This document shows, piece by piece, positions 36,916 to 46,047 of a stretch of 64,000 nucleotides of DNA; within the stretch, counting starts at the first letter, position 1, and each line of letters starts with the position of its first letter. Below the pieces are notes generated by a model. It saw only the letters and a list, made by a program, of their open reading frames with translations, ran no database searches and had not been told where the DNA came from. The stretch is from the NCBI GenBank assembly GCA_963738405.1, contig CAVTWJ010000001.1, forward strand, positions 32,001 through 96,000, in the 5' to 3' direction. This DNA is from a candidate division FCPU426 bacterium (GTDB lineage Bacteria; Oederibacteriota; Muellerivitia; Muellerivitales; Muellerivitaceae). The position numbers were made by a program, and so were the translations under genes.

Positions 36916-39243
36916 ATGAATAAACTTGTGAAGTTCATCCTGGTCGGCGGCGGGGTTTTGCTGGCTTTGTTCGTTCTGCTTTTAATCGTGGCGGCCATCG
37001 CCATTCCCATCCTTCTTCCTCCAGCCAAGATGAAGGCTATGGCGACTGAAAAGCTTTCCGAAACCCTCAAGCACAAGGTCACTGTTGGTAAGGTGAGTTT
37101 CAACGTTTTGAGCGGTTTTGATGTACAGGATTTGAAAGTCGCCAACCGGGCTGGGTGGGCGGATTCGCCCCTTTTGGCGGCCAAAGATATTTCGATCTCC
37201 TACCACCTGTTTCCCCTGTTGTGGGGTCAGGTCTCTCTGGGTGAAATCGTCATCAACCAGCCCGACATTCTGGTCGAGCGCAGAGGCCTGAATTCATTTA
37301 ACTTTAGCGATATGACCGGGACTGGAACCGCCGAAGCGGCACCTGCGCCTGCGGTACCCGCCGCGACCAAAGCGAAGGCTAAATCCAAAACCAAACCTAA
37401 ATCGAAGAAAAAAACGAAACGCCATGCGGAGCTTCCCGCAGTTCGTGACACGCAAACCGCCTCCAGCGGCTGGCTGGTGGGCCAAGCTTGGGCGGATACC
37501 ACCATGCCTGCTTCGGCTTCGAAATCCACTAAATCCTCTTTGAATATCTCGGTCGACGGCCTGAATATCGTTCATGGGAAGATGGTCTTTATGGATGAAA
37601 CCGTCTCGCCTGCCCAGCGCTACGATTTAAAAGACCTTAATTTCCATATTAAGAACATCTCCCTGATCGGCGGAAAAAGCGCCTTCGCCATGAGCACCCC
37701 CTTTGAGTACAACAAGCTCAATTACCAGCTTTCCATGAACGGGGGTTACTGCTATTTCCTGTCCAGTCAAACGATCAAGGAACTGACGCTTTCGGGAACG
37801 GTGAATGATCTGGGTTTCAAGCTTACAGGTGATGCCGCCACCATGAGCGATAATTTCACGCCCAATATGGACGGTGAGGCCAGCTTGGATATGCTGAAGT
37901 TCTCCGGTCTTGTTCCGCGGAGCCTGTCTTCCATGCCTCCCGGCCTCTCCCTCACTGGCCCGGCCAAGGTTGATTTTCACCTGGGCGGAAGCATTAAAAA
38001 CGGTTTAGAGCTGTCAGGCACTGCCGATGGTTCGGATTTGGCCATCGCCTATCAGGACCTGTTCGTCAAAACGGCCAAGACCACCTGCAAAGTGAACTTT
38101 AAAAGCGTGATCGGCCAAAACTCCTACGACCTGCCCTCCTTCAGCGTTTTGTATCAGGATTGGGAAGTGGACGGGTCGTTCCATCATCCGAATGGGGCTC
38201 CATGGACCTGCTCAGTCCAATCCAAGGCCCTGCCTCTCAAAGGCATTTCGGACATGGTTCCGAAATTCAAAAAGGATACCTTTGGCGGGGATATGTCAGT
38301 CAACGTAGCTTTCGCCGAGTCCAAGGGAAAGGCCACGCCCTTTACCTATAACGGCCAGGTTGTTCTTAAGGATGTCGCCATCACCCTGCCCAATGAACCC
38401 TATCTGGAGAATCTTAACAGCGTCATTTATCTCGCCGGGAACTCCGTCCGGGTTCCCTCGGCCACTTTCCAATCCTTTGACGGGTCGGGATTGGCGGGCG
38501 TGACGGTCACCCTGGGCGCGGTGCCCGCCTATTCTTACGCCTTCCGGCTCAAGGACGTGAACGGCCAAAAGGCCATTAACGCCAGCGTGGACGCCTATGT
38601 CACCCAAAGTCCTGAAAATTTCAAAGATAAAATCTACGGCACCATGAACTTGGCCTATGCCGGGTTGGGAAAGGGATTTTCGGGAGATGCCATGATGGCC
38701 AGCCAGGTGGGCGGTGGGAGCTATACGATTGAGAAATCCAGGGTCAAGGGATTCGCGGTGATCAAATCAATCAACCAATACTTCAAGGATAACAGTGACG
38801 AGATCGATTTCGAGCAGATCGCCGGAAACCTGAGCATGAGAAACAAGGTTTTCACCTACACCGCCAATACGACAGGCCAGGTGGGGACCATTCGGGAAAC
38901 GGGCGCCATCAATGTGGTGGAAATGGCCTACGCGCCGGACATGAAAATCCAGTGCGACATCAAGAAGCAATTCCTCAATTCCGACTCCCTCCTCTCGGGT
39001 GTTCCCGGCGAGGTGAAGGGCCTGGTCAAGAACGGGGATTGGATCGCGGACGACAACGGCAACGTGCCCATCGACATCAAGTTTTCAGGACCGGTGAAGC
39101 AAAACAATTGGTCTTACGATTGGGGCCGGCTGACGCAGAACGTTAAGAACAAATTGGGCAAAGAATTGCAGAATGCCGCCGGGGATACGATCCAGCAAAA
39201 GGCTCAGGACCTGGGCAACCAGTTGAAGGGTCTATTCCACTAA
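36916..39243 (+). CDS. AsmA family protein
   Basis: N-terminal TM anchor, PLLWGQVSLGEIVINQPDILVER..NFSD, beta-rich body, C-terminal IKFSGPV and ..QLKGLF; alternative start 36895. Confidence 0.82.
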   Translation: MNKLVKFILVGGGVLLALFVLLLIVAAIAIPILLPPAKMKAMATEKLSETLKHKVTVGKVSFNVLSGFDVQDLKVANRAGWADSPLLAAKDISISYHLFPLLWGQVSLGEIVINQPDILVERRGLNSFNFSDMTGTGTAEAAPAPAVPAATKAKAKSKTKPKSKKKTKRHAELPAVRDTQTASSGWLVGQAWADTTMPASASKSTKSSLNISVDGLNIVHGKMVFMDETVSPAQRYDLKDLNFHIKNISLIGGKSAFAMSTPFEYNKLNYQLSMNGGYCYFLSSQTIKELTLSGTVNDLGFKLTGDAATMSDNFTPNMDGEASLDMLKFSGLVPRSLSSMPPGLSLTGPAKVDFHLGGSIKNGLELSGTADGSDLAIAYQDLFVKTAKTTCKVNFKSVIGQNSYDLPSFSVLYQDWEVDGSFHHPNGAPWTCSVQSKALPLKGISDMVPKFKKDTFGGDMSVNVAFAESKGKATPFTYNGQVVLKDVAITLPNEPYLENLNSVIYLAGNSVRVPSATFQSFDGSGLAGVTVTLGAVPAYSYAFRLKDVNGQKAINASVDAYVTQSPENFKDKIYGTMNLAYAGLGKGFSGDAMMASQVGGGSYTIEKSRVKGFAVIKSINQYFKDNSDEIDFEQIAGNLSMRNKVFTYTANTTGQVGTIRETGAINVVEMAYAPDMKIQCDIKKQFLNSDSLLSGVPGEVKGLVKNGDWIADDNGNVPIDIKFSGPVKQNNWSYDWGRLTQNVKNKLGKELQNAAGDTIQQKAQDLGNQLKGLFH

Positions 39244-39267
39244 GAGTTATTCAGGTAACCGAGAAAG

Positions 39268-39293
39268 AAAAGCGGGGGAAACCCCGCTTTTTT
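39268..39293 (+). terminator. Rho-independent terminator
   Basis: AAAAGCGGGG-GAAA-CCCCGCTTTT TT. Confidence 0.85.
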
Positions 39294-39312
39294 ATTTTGA
39301 GAAGGAAGCGAT

Positions 39313-40581
39313 ATGGATTTGTTTTTTTCCTATATCTACAAGTTTTTGGCGAAGTTTTTGGGCGTCAATAAACATCTTCCGGATAACGCCAAGACCCTCA
39401 TCTGGATGATCGGCCTCTACGATTTCACCTTCGCCCTTTCCTCGGTCTTCATCAACGTCTTCCTCTTCCGCCAGCACAACGATTGGGGGGTGGTTTTGCC
39501 CTTCAACATCATCCAGTTTGTGTTTGTCCCCATCGGTTTTTGGTTGGGGGGCGTTCTTTCCCCCCGTTTTGGGCACCGGGCCTCCTACCAACTGGGTTTC
39601 GCCTGTTACGGTTTGCTTTTTCTATCCGTTCTCATCCTGAGGGAATCCTCCTCCCAGTACGTAGACGGGCTGGGGGTTTTGAGCGGTTTGGCCATCGGGT
39701 TCTATTACCTGGGCCAGCATTCCTTAACGCTGGATCTGACCCATCCCAAGGATCGGGACTATTTCTTTTCGCTCTACCTGCTATTAAGTTCCATCCTGAA
39801 AATTCCAGCCCCCATGCTTGCGGGCTGGGTCATTGCCTCTTTTAACACAGGAACAGGTCCCTTTTCGCTGACAGGCTATTACCTCATCTTTAGTTTCACC
39901 CTCCTCATATATATGGGCCTCATCGCACAAAGCTTTCGTCTGAAAGTACCCCATAAAACAGACGGGTTTAATGTCCGCCAGGTCTTTCTTCATCCCTGGA
40001 AAAAGGATTGGAAGGGCCTCTTAACGGCCTGGTTCTTTTCCGGTATTCGGGGCGGGGTTTTCTGGTTTGTGGCCCCTCTTTTTGTTTACAAGGTTTGGAA
40101 TAACGAATTGGCGGTTGGTAATTTCAACACCCTGACCACCTTCCTGGCGGTGGTCACCGCCTACGTGCTTTCCCGATGGGAGGGATACCAGAAACGAAAA
40201 AGCGGAATGGCCATATCCTCGGGCCTCATAGTTCTGTCCACCCTGTTGTTAGCTTTCAGCCTGGGGCCCATGGCCCTATTGCTCTTCGGCATTCTTTACA
40301 CGATCGGGGTCACCTGGTTTCAGGTGGGGTTTAGCGCCATATCCTTCGAGGTTATTGAAAATGTTGATGATTCGGGAAAACGGAAGCTGGAATATTTAAC
40401 CCTCCGTGAGATACCATTGGCGCTGGGCCGTTTGGCCGGGTTGGCCCTTTTCTGGTTTGGCTTGGCCCAATACGGCGATACGGGCATCCGCGCGGCACTG
40501 GTGGTGCTGGGGATTACCCAGTGGGGTTCTTACGCCTATTCATTTGAAAAAGATGAAAAAAGTAAGACGACTCTGGGTTGA
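39313..40581 (+). CDS. MFS transporter (YqgE-like)
   Basis: ~12 TM helices; LSSVFINVFL, KDRDYF, EYLTLREIPLALGR. Confidence 0.8.
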   Translation: MDLFFSYIYKFLAKFLGVNKHLPDNAKTLIWMIGLYDFTFALSSVFINVFLFRQHNDWGVVLPFNIIQFVFVPIGFWLGGVLSPRFGHRASYQLGFACYGLLFLSVLILRESSSQYVDGLGVLSGLAIGFYYLGQHSLTLDLTHPKDRDYFFSLYLLLSSILKIPAPMLAGWVIASFNTGTGPFSLTGYYLIFSFTLLIYMGLIAQSFRLKVPHKTDGFNVRQVFLHPWKKDWKGLLTAWFFSGIRGGVFWFVAPLFVYKVWNNELAVGNFNTLTTFLAVVTAYVLSRWEGYQKRKSGMAISSGLIVLSTLLLAFSLGPMALLLFGILYTIGVTWFQVGFSAISFEVIENVDDSGKRKLEYLTLREIPLALGRLAGLALFWFGLAQYGDTGIRAALVVLGITQWGSYAYSFEKDEKSKTTLG

Positions 40582-40610
40582 TTTGAAACGGGGATTTGAA
40601 CGGAGAGAAA

Positions 40611-41276
40611 ATGATTTATGCCATCGGCGATATCCATGGATGCCTGAAGGCGTTGAAGGATTTAATAGCCCAACTGCCCTTGAAACCCGAGGACGAGGTC
40701 GTCTTCCTGGGCGATTACATCGACCGAGGGCCCGACAGCAAGGGTGTCTTGGATTATCTTCTGCAAAATCAAAAACCGAACTGGCGTTTCTTGCGGGGCA
40801 ACCACGAGCAGATGCTTTTGGAATGGCTGGGCACGCCCAATGCCATGACGGCTTCCAACTGGCTCTTGAACGGCGGTCTGCAAACCCTGCAATCCTATGT
40901 GCCGACCCAAAATATCGACGAGGTCCGCGGAGAAGGCGCCCATATGGTGCTTCAATCCCACATCCCGCCTTCTCACGCTGAGTTTTTCAATTCATTACCC
41001 CTCACCTACGAAACTCCTGATTACTTTTTCTGCCACGCGGGGGTGAACCTGGATAAGCCTCTCAACTCACAGGAACAGGACGATCTTCTTTGGATTCGCC
41101 GCAAGTTCCTGCAGGATCCCCGGCCGACCCCCAAAAAAGTTATTCACGGCCATACCCCGGTTGAGAAATTGGATCTTTCCAAGGACCGAATCGACCTGGA
41201 TACGGGTTGTGTTTACGGGGGTGCTTTAACGGCCTTGGCACTTCCGGAGATGAAGGTCTATCAGGCGAAGCAATAA
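40611..41276 (+). CDS. Calcineurin-like Ser/Thr metallophosphatase (PphA/ApaH-like)
   Basis: GDIHG, LGDYIDRGPDS, RGNHE, CHAG, HGHTP, DTGC. Confidence 0.93.
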   Translation: MIYAIGDIHGCLKALKDLIAQLPLKPEDEVVFLGDYIDRGPDSKGVLDYLLQNQKPNWRFLRGNHEQMLLEWLGTPNAMTASNWLLNGGLQTLQSYVPTQNIDEVRGEGAHMVLQSHIPPSHAEFFNSLPLTYETPDYFFCHAGVNLDKPLNSQEQDDLLWIRRKFLQDPRPTPKKVIHGHTPVEKLDLSKDRIDLDTGCVYGGALTALALPEMKVYQAKQ

Positions 41277-41291
41277 GAAAAATGGGAAGGG

Positions 41292-41975
41292 TTATCGGTC
41301 GGGTTTCTTTTCGGACTTCTTGTACTTTTTCTCGAAATCGGAAGTGGCTTTTTTCAGGGCCATCTCGGCGTGGATGTTTTCCCGCTGGGTAAATTGGGTC
41401 AATTGGAGCAAAAATTCCCCCGTCGCCTTTTCTCTCGCAAGCTTTGTTCCCCTCAATCCCTTTTGAAAATCTTTCCAAGCTTTTTGCAGGTTCTTCATAT
41501 CCTGAGGGGTTTCCGCGGTGCCGTGGTTGGTTATTTTTTCGTGCATCCGCTGGGCCCGCAAGAGGGCCGGGAGGGATTGGGGAAGTCCGTCTAAAGCCGA
41601 TTTGCGTTTGGGTTTTTCCGCCCTTTTAAGTTCTTCCCATTTACGGTTGATATCGACGATTTTACGGCTGGATTTCCCGAATACATGGGGATGCCTTCGG
41701 ACCAATTTGTCGCCTATGGTTTTGGCGACCTGTTGAAGGTTAAATTTGCGTTTTTCTTTGGCAAGCTGGGAATGAAAAACAACTTGTAGAAGCAAATCCC
41801 CAAGTTCTTCCCGCAAATGCTCCGCGTCCCCGGAGTCGATGGCTTCCAGGGTCTCGTGGGCCTCCTCCAAAAGATAGGGTTTCAAACTTTTGTGGGTTTG
41901 GCGGCGGTCCCAGGGGCATCCCCCCGGCCCCCTCAGTTTTTCCATCAATTTTTCAAGCCGCTTCACGAAATCCAT
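41292..41975 (-). CDS. mazG: Nucleoside triphosphate pyrophosphohydrolase, C-terminal repeat degenerate
   Basis: LRGPGGCPWDRRQTH.SL..YLLEE, EELGDLLLQVVFH, KLVRRHPHVF. Confidence 0.92.
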   Translation of the reverse strand: MDFVKRLEKLMEKLRGPGGCPWDRRQTHKSLKPYLLEEAHETLEAIDSGDAEHLREELGDLLLQVVFHSQLAKEKRKFNLQQVAKTIGDKLVRRHPHVFGKSSRKIVDINRKWEELKRAEKPKRKSALDGLPQSLPALLRAQRMHEKITNHGTAETPQDMKNLQKAWKDFQKGLRGTKLAREKATGEFLLQLTQFTQRENIHAEMALKKATSDFEKKYKKSEKKPDR

Positions 41976-42047
41976 GCTTGCCTCCGTTGGGTGGCGACTC
42001 TAACATGAACTTGATTCCTTTCCAATCCTAGCGAGGTTTCATTCCCG

Positions 42048-43817
42048 ATGAATTTCGATCCTATCAAAGCACGCCTTCTGCGGCTTCCCGGCGCAAAGCA
42101 GGTTAAAGAAATGCTCATTCAACAAGGACATACCGAAGCCGAGGCGGAAATGGGCGGGCTGGCTATGGCCGGACTTATTGTTTTTCTTATCATCCTTCTC
42201 TTTAACAGTTTCCTCATCGGCGTCATCCACGTTTTTTTCAACAACCTTTGGGCCGCCGCTCAGGAAAACCCGACCCAGGCCACCTTTGTGGGATTCGGAG
42301 TCACGATCGTCTTCCTCGGAATGTTTTTTAGCCTCATGCGTCGAAAAGAGGACGAAAAAAAGAAAGAGGAAATGGACGCCAGGCGCAAGCAGCATCAATT
42401 GGAGGAAAAACGCCAATTTTTGCGTAAGGGCGCCATGGGAAATTTTGAAGAGGTGTTCCGCTACTACGCCTTGAAGAAGATTCCCGACTTGGACATCAAG
42501 ACCATCCACGTCATCGATACGGTTCCGCGCATCCGTTTTACCGCCAAAAGGTTCAACACCGAATTGGGAGGGGATGTGGATGGAAATTTCCAGCGTTTCC
42601 GCGAGAAGCTTTTGGTTGAGACGGCTGCGGTCGTGGATCTGGTTTTCGAGCTTTCCGAAAGCATTCCCGCGGTCATCGTGGACGGCATGATGCAGTTCAT
42701 CAATCGCGGTGCCAAGTATTACGACGGCCCGGTTCTGAGCCTTAAGGCGACCCGGGAGGTCTACATCCAGCTGGACCGGACCAAGAAAAGCCCCTTCAAG
42801 ATCCTTTCTTCCTTTGATTTCCGTTACAACGACGGAATGGAGGTGGAACCCATCCCCGAGGGGGAGAACAAGACCGCCCGATTGATTGAAAAACTCAGGG
42901 AAAACGCCCCCAAGCTGAATGTGCGTTATGAGACCGCGGTCGAAAAGAAGGCCGATGACGGCTGGGAAAAACCCAAGGAAACGGCCTCTCTGGATGAGAT
43001 TGTCCCTATCGATACCATGAAAGACAGGCAGTTGAGCAATATGCCTCTGGCCCAGTTTCAGGACATGCTGGTGAGCCTGCTGGCCAAAATGGGCTTCGAG
43101 GCGACAAGGGTTAAAAAGGTGCCGGGTGGGACGCTTCAGGTGCAGGCCGATTTTACCCATCCGGTCCTCGGCGGCAGTTTCCTGGTCCTGGGGCGGCAAT
43201 TTCCGCCGGGCGCACAGGTGCACGCCGATTTGGTGAGGGAATTGGACGAAGTCACGAGGGAGGAAAACTGCCGGCGCGGGATCTATTTTGTCACCGGCGA
43301 TTACACCGAAGAGGCCCGCAATATCGCCCTTAAACTCGCGGTGGATCTGGTCAACGGGAGAAAGCTCCAAGACCTGTTGGATGGCCCCCCCTATGAAACC
43401 CGCTGGTCGGTCCGCATGGTAGATGAAAAGGGTATTGTCATGGACTTGAGCGGCATGTCCATGCTGGCCTTCCAGGACGAGGTGGACCAGTTCCTCAAAA
43501 GCATGGGGTTTCAGGTTGTGCGCATCCGCAGGGCGCCGGGAGGGGCCGTGGTGGCCGTGGCGGAACATCCGCACCCGATCACGGGCGGAAAATTCGCCGT
43601 ATTGGCCAAACAATTTCCAGCCGAGGAACGGGTGCCCCAGGAGCAGGTGAGCGAGTTCAACCATATTATGAAATCCGAATTTTGCCACAGAGGTTTGCTG
43701 ATGGTGACCTGCGCCACCAGCCGGGAAGCCCAGGCCTTGGCCCGTTTTTCCGGGGTGGAGATTGTGGACCGTAACGTCTGGGATAATTTACGCCGCCATC
43801 GGGACCTCGGGAGCTAA
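42048..43817 (+). CDS. Membrane-anchored protein with two tandem Mrr-like restriction-endonuclease domains (catalytic motif degenerate)
   Basis: Two TM helices and a coiled coil; repeats FQD.V..LL.KMGF...GG.......HP..GG.F.V..RQF/KQF...V.E......GI..T......A.......V..VNG/VDR match Mrr_cat architecture. Confidence 0.7.
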   Translation: MNFDPIKARLLRLPGAKQVKEMLIQQGHTEAEAEMGGLAMAGLIVFLIILLFNSFLIGVIHVFFNNLWAAAQENPTQATFVGFGVTIVFLGMFFSLMRRKEDEKKKEEMDARRKQHQLEEKRQFLRKGAMGNFEEVFRYYALKKIPDLDIKTIHVIDTVPRIRFTAKRFNTELGGDVDGNFQRFREKLLVETAAVVDLVFELSESIPAVIVDGMMQFINRGAKYYDGPVLSLKATREVYIQLDRTKKSPFKILSSFDFRYNDGMEVEPIPEGENKTARLIEKLRENAPKLNVRYETAVEKKADDGWEKPKETASLDEIVPIDTMKDRQLSNMPLAQFQDMLVSLLAKMGFEATRVKKVPGGTLQVQADFTHPVLGGSFLVLGRQFPPGAQVHADLVRELDEVTREENCRRGIYFVTGDYTEEARNIALKLAVDLVNGRKLQDLLDGPPYETRWSVRMVDEKGIVMDLSGMSMLAFQDEVDQFLKSMGFQVVRIRRAPGGAVVAVAEHPHPITGGKFAVLAKQFPAEERVPQEQVSEFNHIMKSEFCHRGLLMVTCATSREAQALARFSGVEIVDRNVWDNLRRHRDLGS

Positions 43818-43913
43818 TCCCCCTTGACAGTCCCTTTTGTTCGGGTAACCATGGGGCCGAATTGGAGCACCCGAAGCTTAAGCAGGGCCATCCAAACCTT
43901 TTAGGAGGTAGTC

Positions 43914-44318
43914 TTGTCACCCAAACGCGCCCATGATGACGAAATGAATGACGACGAGGATCCCATCGAAGAAGAGGACGAAACCGACGAGGACGATGAG
44001 GAAGAGGACGACGAAGAGGAGACGGTCACCCTCGACGCCGCCAAAGAGGAAGAAGAGGAAGACGACGACGACAAGGACGAAGACGAGGAAGAGGAAGATT
44101 CCACCGACGCGGACCGCAAGAAGCTTTTCGAAAGCGAGGCGGAGGATTTCCTCGAGAACCTGACGATCGAAGACGTCAAGGAAGTGTTGGAAGAGAACGA
44201 GCTGAGCGAAAGCCTGGCTCCCCGGCTGATGAAGCTCCTGAAAGAAGTCATCCATGAAGGCACGGTGGATGATCTGGATGACGCCTGGGATGAGGCCATC
44301 GAGCGGCTCGAAGAATAG
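43914..44318 (+). CDS. Highly acidic protein (67/134 residues D/E)
   Basis: TTG start with AGGAGG RBS; TTGACA at 43824; terminator-like hairpin at ~44331-44370. Confidence 0.75.
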   Translation: MSPKRAHDDEMNDDEDPIEEEDETDEDDEEEDDEEETVTLDAAKEEEEEDDDDKDEDEEEEDSTDADRKKLFESEAEDFLENLTIEDVKEVLEENELSESLAPRLMKLLKEVIHEGTVDDLDDAWDEAIERLEE

Positions 44319-44421
44319 AAAAAGCTTAAGCGGGCGCCCTTTATTCTCGCGGATAATCGGCGCCTTTTTTGTGTCCGCCCCGGTTCTGGATTCAAGTCCC
44401 TTTGTGTTAAACTTGCCCACC

Positions 44422-44949
44422 ATGATTAAGGCTTATTTTCGAAAACTTGTTTTTCTCTGGCGCCATCCGGTCGATTTTTTTTCCACGGCTGCCCTAGAAT
44501 CCAAACCCCAGGAAGCCTCCACCTTCGCCGCCATGACGGCCGTGCTCGTTTCGTTGGAGTTGGGCCTGCAGGAAGCCCTTTCCCGGGGCACCCTTTCCAT
44601 TGTGGCCTTTGTGACCCTCATGCTTTTGATCGGTTTGCCCTTCGCCGTTTTGGTTTGCGGTTATTTGTGGGCCTATTTCATCCGCCTGACAGGCATTCTC
44701 TTGGGCGCGGATCTTTACCTCCCCGACCTTCAAAAATTGGTTTTTTATTCCAGCGGGGGCCTGGCGGCCTTAGGCGTGGCCTATCTGTTGGGCAAATGGG
44801 TCGCCATCGCCGCTTTGTTTTTTCAGGTGGTGGGGGCCGAGAAAGTCTTGGCCTGTTCCAGGGTTTCGGCTTATGTTTATATCCTCCTGCCCGCCGCCAT
44901 GATGGGTGTTTTGATGGCGGTGTTAGCCCTTCTCTTCAAGGTGTTTTAA
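44422..44949 (+). CDS. Yip1-like membrane protein
   Basis: Start ATG 44422; LWRHPVDFF followed by 4-5 TM helices. Confidence 0.6.
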   Translation: MIKAYFRKLVFLWRHPVDFFSTAALESKPQEASTFAAMTAVLVSLELGLQEALSRGTLSIVAFVTLMLLIGLPFAVLVCGYLWAYFIRLTGILLGADLYLPDLQKLVFYSSGGLAALGVAYLLGKWVAIAALFFQVVGAEKVLACSRVSAYVYILLPAAMMGVLMAVLALLFKVF

Positions 44950-45290
44950 TGCCCACCGCCCCCAAATCCCGCAGACGGACCGCAAAGGCCATGGCCGCCC
45001 CTAAAGTCGCCTCCCCTCCGTCACAAGCGGTTTCGGCCCCCAATCCCATTTGGGCCAACCGGTTTGGCTGGTACCTTTTTTCTCTCTTTATCCCCATGGC
45101 CGGCATATTGATCGGGCTTTTTTTCTACGACCAGACCTCCCTGGAAGCCCGGAAGGTCGGGAAGCAGTCCCTTTGGATCGGTTTCCTCGTCTGGGTGGTT
45201 TTTCCCCTTTTCATCCTGATGGCCCTTTTGTTCATCGTCGGTCTGGCGGCCGCCTCCTGGCTTTCGGGTGCCACAAGCTCAATCGATTAA
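44949..45290 (+). CDS. Small membrane protein
   Basis: TAATG coupling to the upstream gene; LFSLFIPMAGILIGLFF..RKVGK and a second TM. Confidence 0.6.
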   Translation: MPTAPKSRRRTAKAMAAPKVASPPSQAVSAPNPIWANRFGWYLFSLFIPMAGILIGLFFYDQTSLEARKVGKQSLWIGFLVWVVFPLFILMALLFIVGLAAASWLSGATSSID

Positions 45291-45315
45291 TTCCAATGGA
45301 GGGGGCGCCTAACTG

Positions 45316-46047
45316 ATGCCGACGGTCCTGATTACCGGTGGAACCAGGGGAATTGGCCTTGCTTTGGGCAAGGCCTGCGCTCAAAAAGGCTGGACGGTCG
45401 AGGCCTGCTACCACCAGGATGAGGCATCGGCCCTTCTGGCGCGCCAAACCCTTCAAGCACTCAACCCTTCCTGCCAAGTGACCCTTTGCGACGTGGGGGA
45501 TGCCGCCCAAATCCAGTCTTGGGTGGAGGGCGCCCTGAAACGAAACTCCTCTATCGAATGCGCCATCCATAATGCCGGTGTCACGAAAAACGCCCGCATC
45601 CTGAACATTGAAGAGTCCGACTGGAATGAAACCCTTCAAGTGCACCTCAAGGGCGCTTTTCACCTTTCCCAAACCCTTTTGAAGCCCATGATGAAACAAA
45701 AAAACGGACATCTGATATTCGTCTCCTCCCTCGTGGCTTCCACGGGCAATATCGGCCAAGGGGCCTATACCGCCGCCAAGGCGGGGCTGGTGGGCCTGGC
45801 CCGCAGTTTGGCGCAGGAATACGGCACTCGAAATGTAAGGGTCAATGTGGTCAATCCCGGTTTTCACAAGACCCGGCTGGCGGAGGGGCTTTCCCCCGAG
45901 GCCGAACAGGCCATCCTTTCACGCCATATCCTGGGACGCTCGGCGGATTTAAACGAAGTTTGCGCTTTCTTTACCTGGCTGGCCGAATCCCAAAATATCT
46001 CCGGGCAGGTCTTTAACCTGGATTCCCGCCTTCCCGGATGGCTATGA
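45316..46047 (+). CDS. 3-oxoacyl-ACP reductase-like SDR (FabG paralogue)
   Basis: ITGGTRGIG, HNAGVT, GNIGQGAYTAAKAG, NVVNPG. Confidence 0.85.
   Translation: MPTVLITGGTRGIGLALGKACAQKGWTVEACYHQDEASALLARQTLQALNPSCQVTLCDVGDAAQIQSWVEGALKRNSSIECAIHNAGVTKNARILNIEESDWNETLQVHLKGAFHLSQTLLKPMMKQKNGHLIFVSSLVASTGNIGQGAYTAAKAGLVGLARSLAQEYGTRNVRVNVVNPGFHKTRLAEGLSPEAEQAILSRHILGRSADLNEVCAFFTWLAESQNISGQVFNLDSRLPGWL

Noticed and set aside
42039..43688. 549-aa antisense ORF
   Set aside because: Fully overlaps the Mrr-like gene on the opposite strand and has no recognisable motifs; typical shadow ORF of codon-biased genes.
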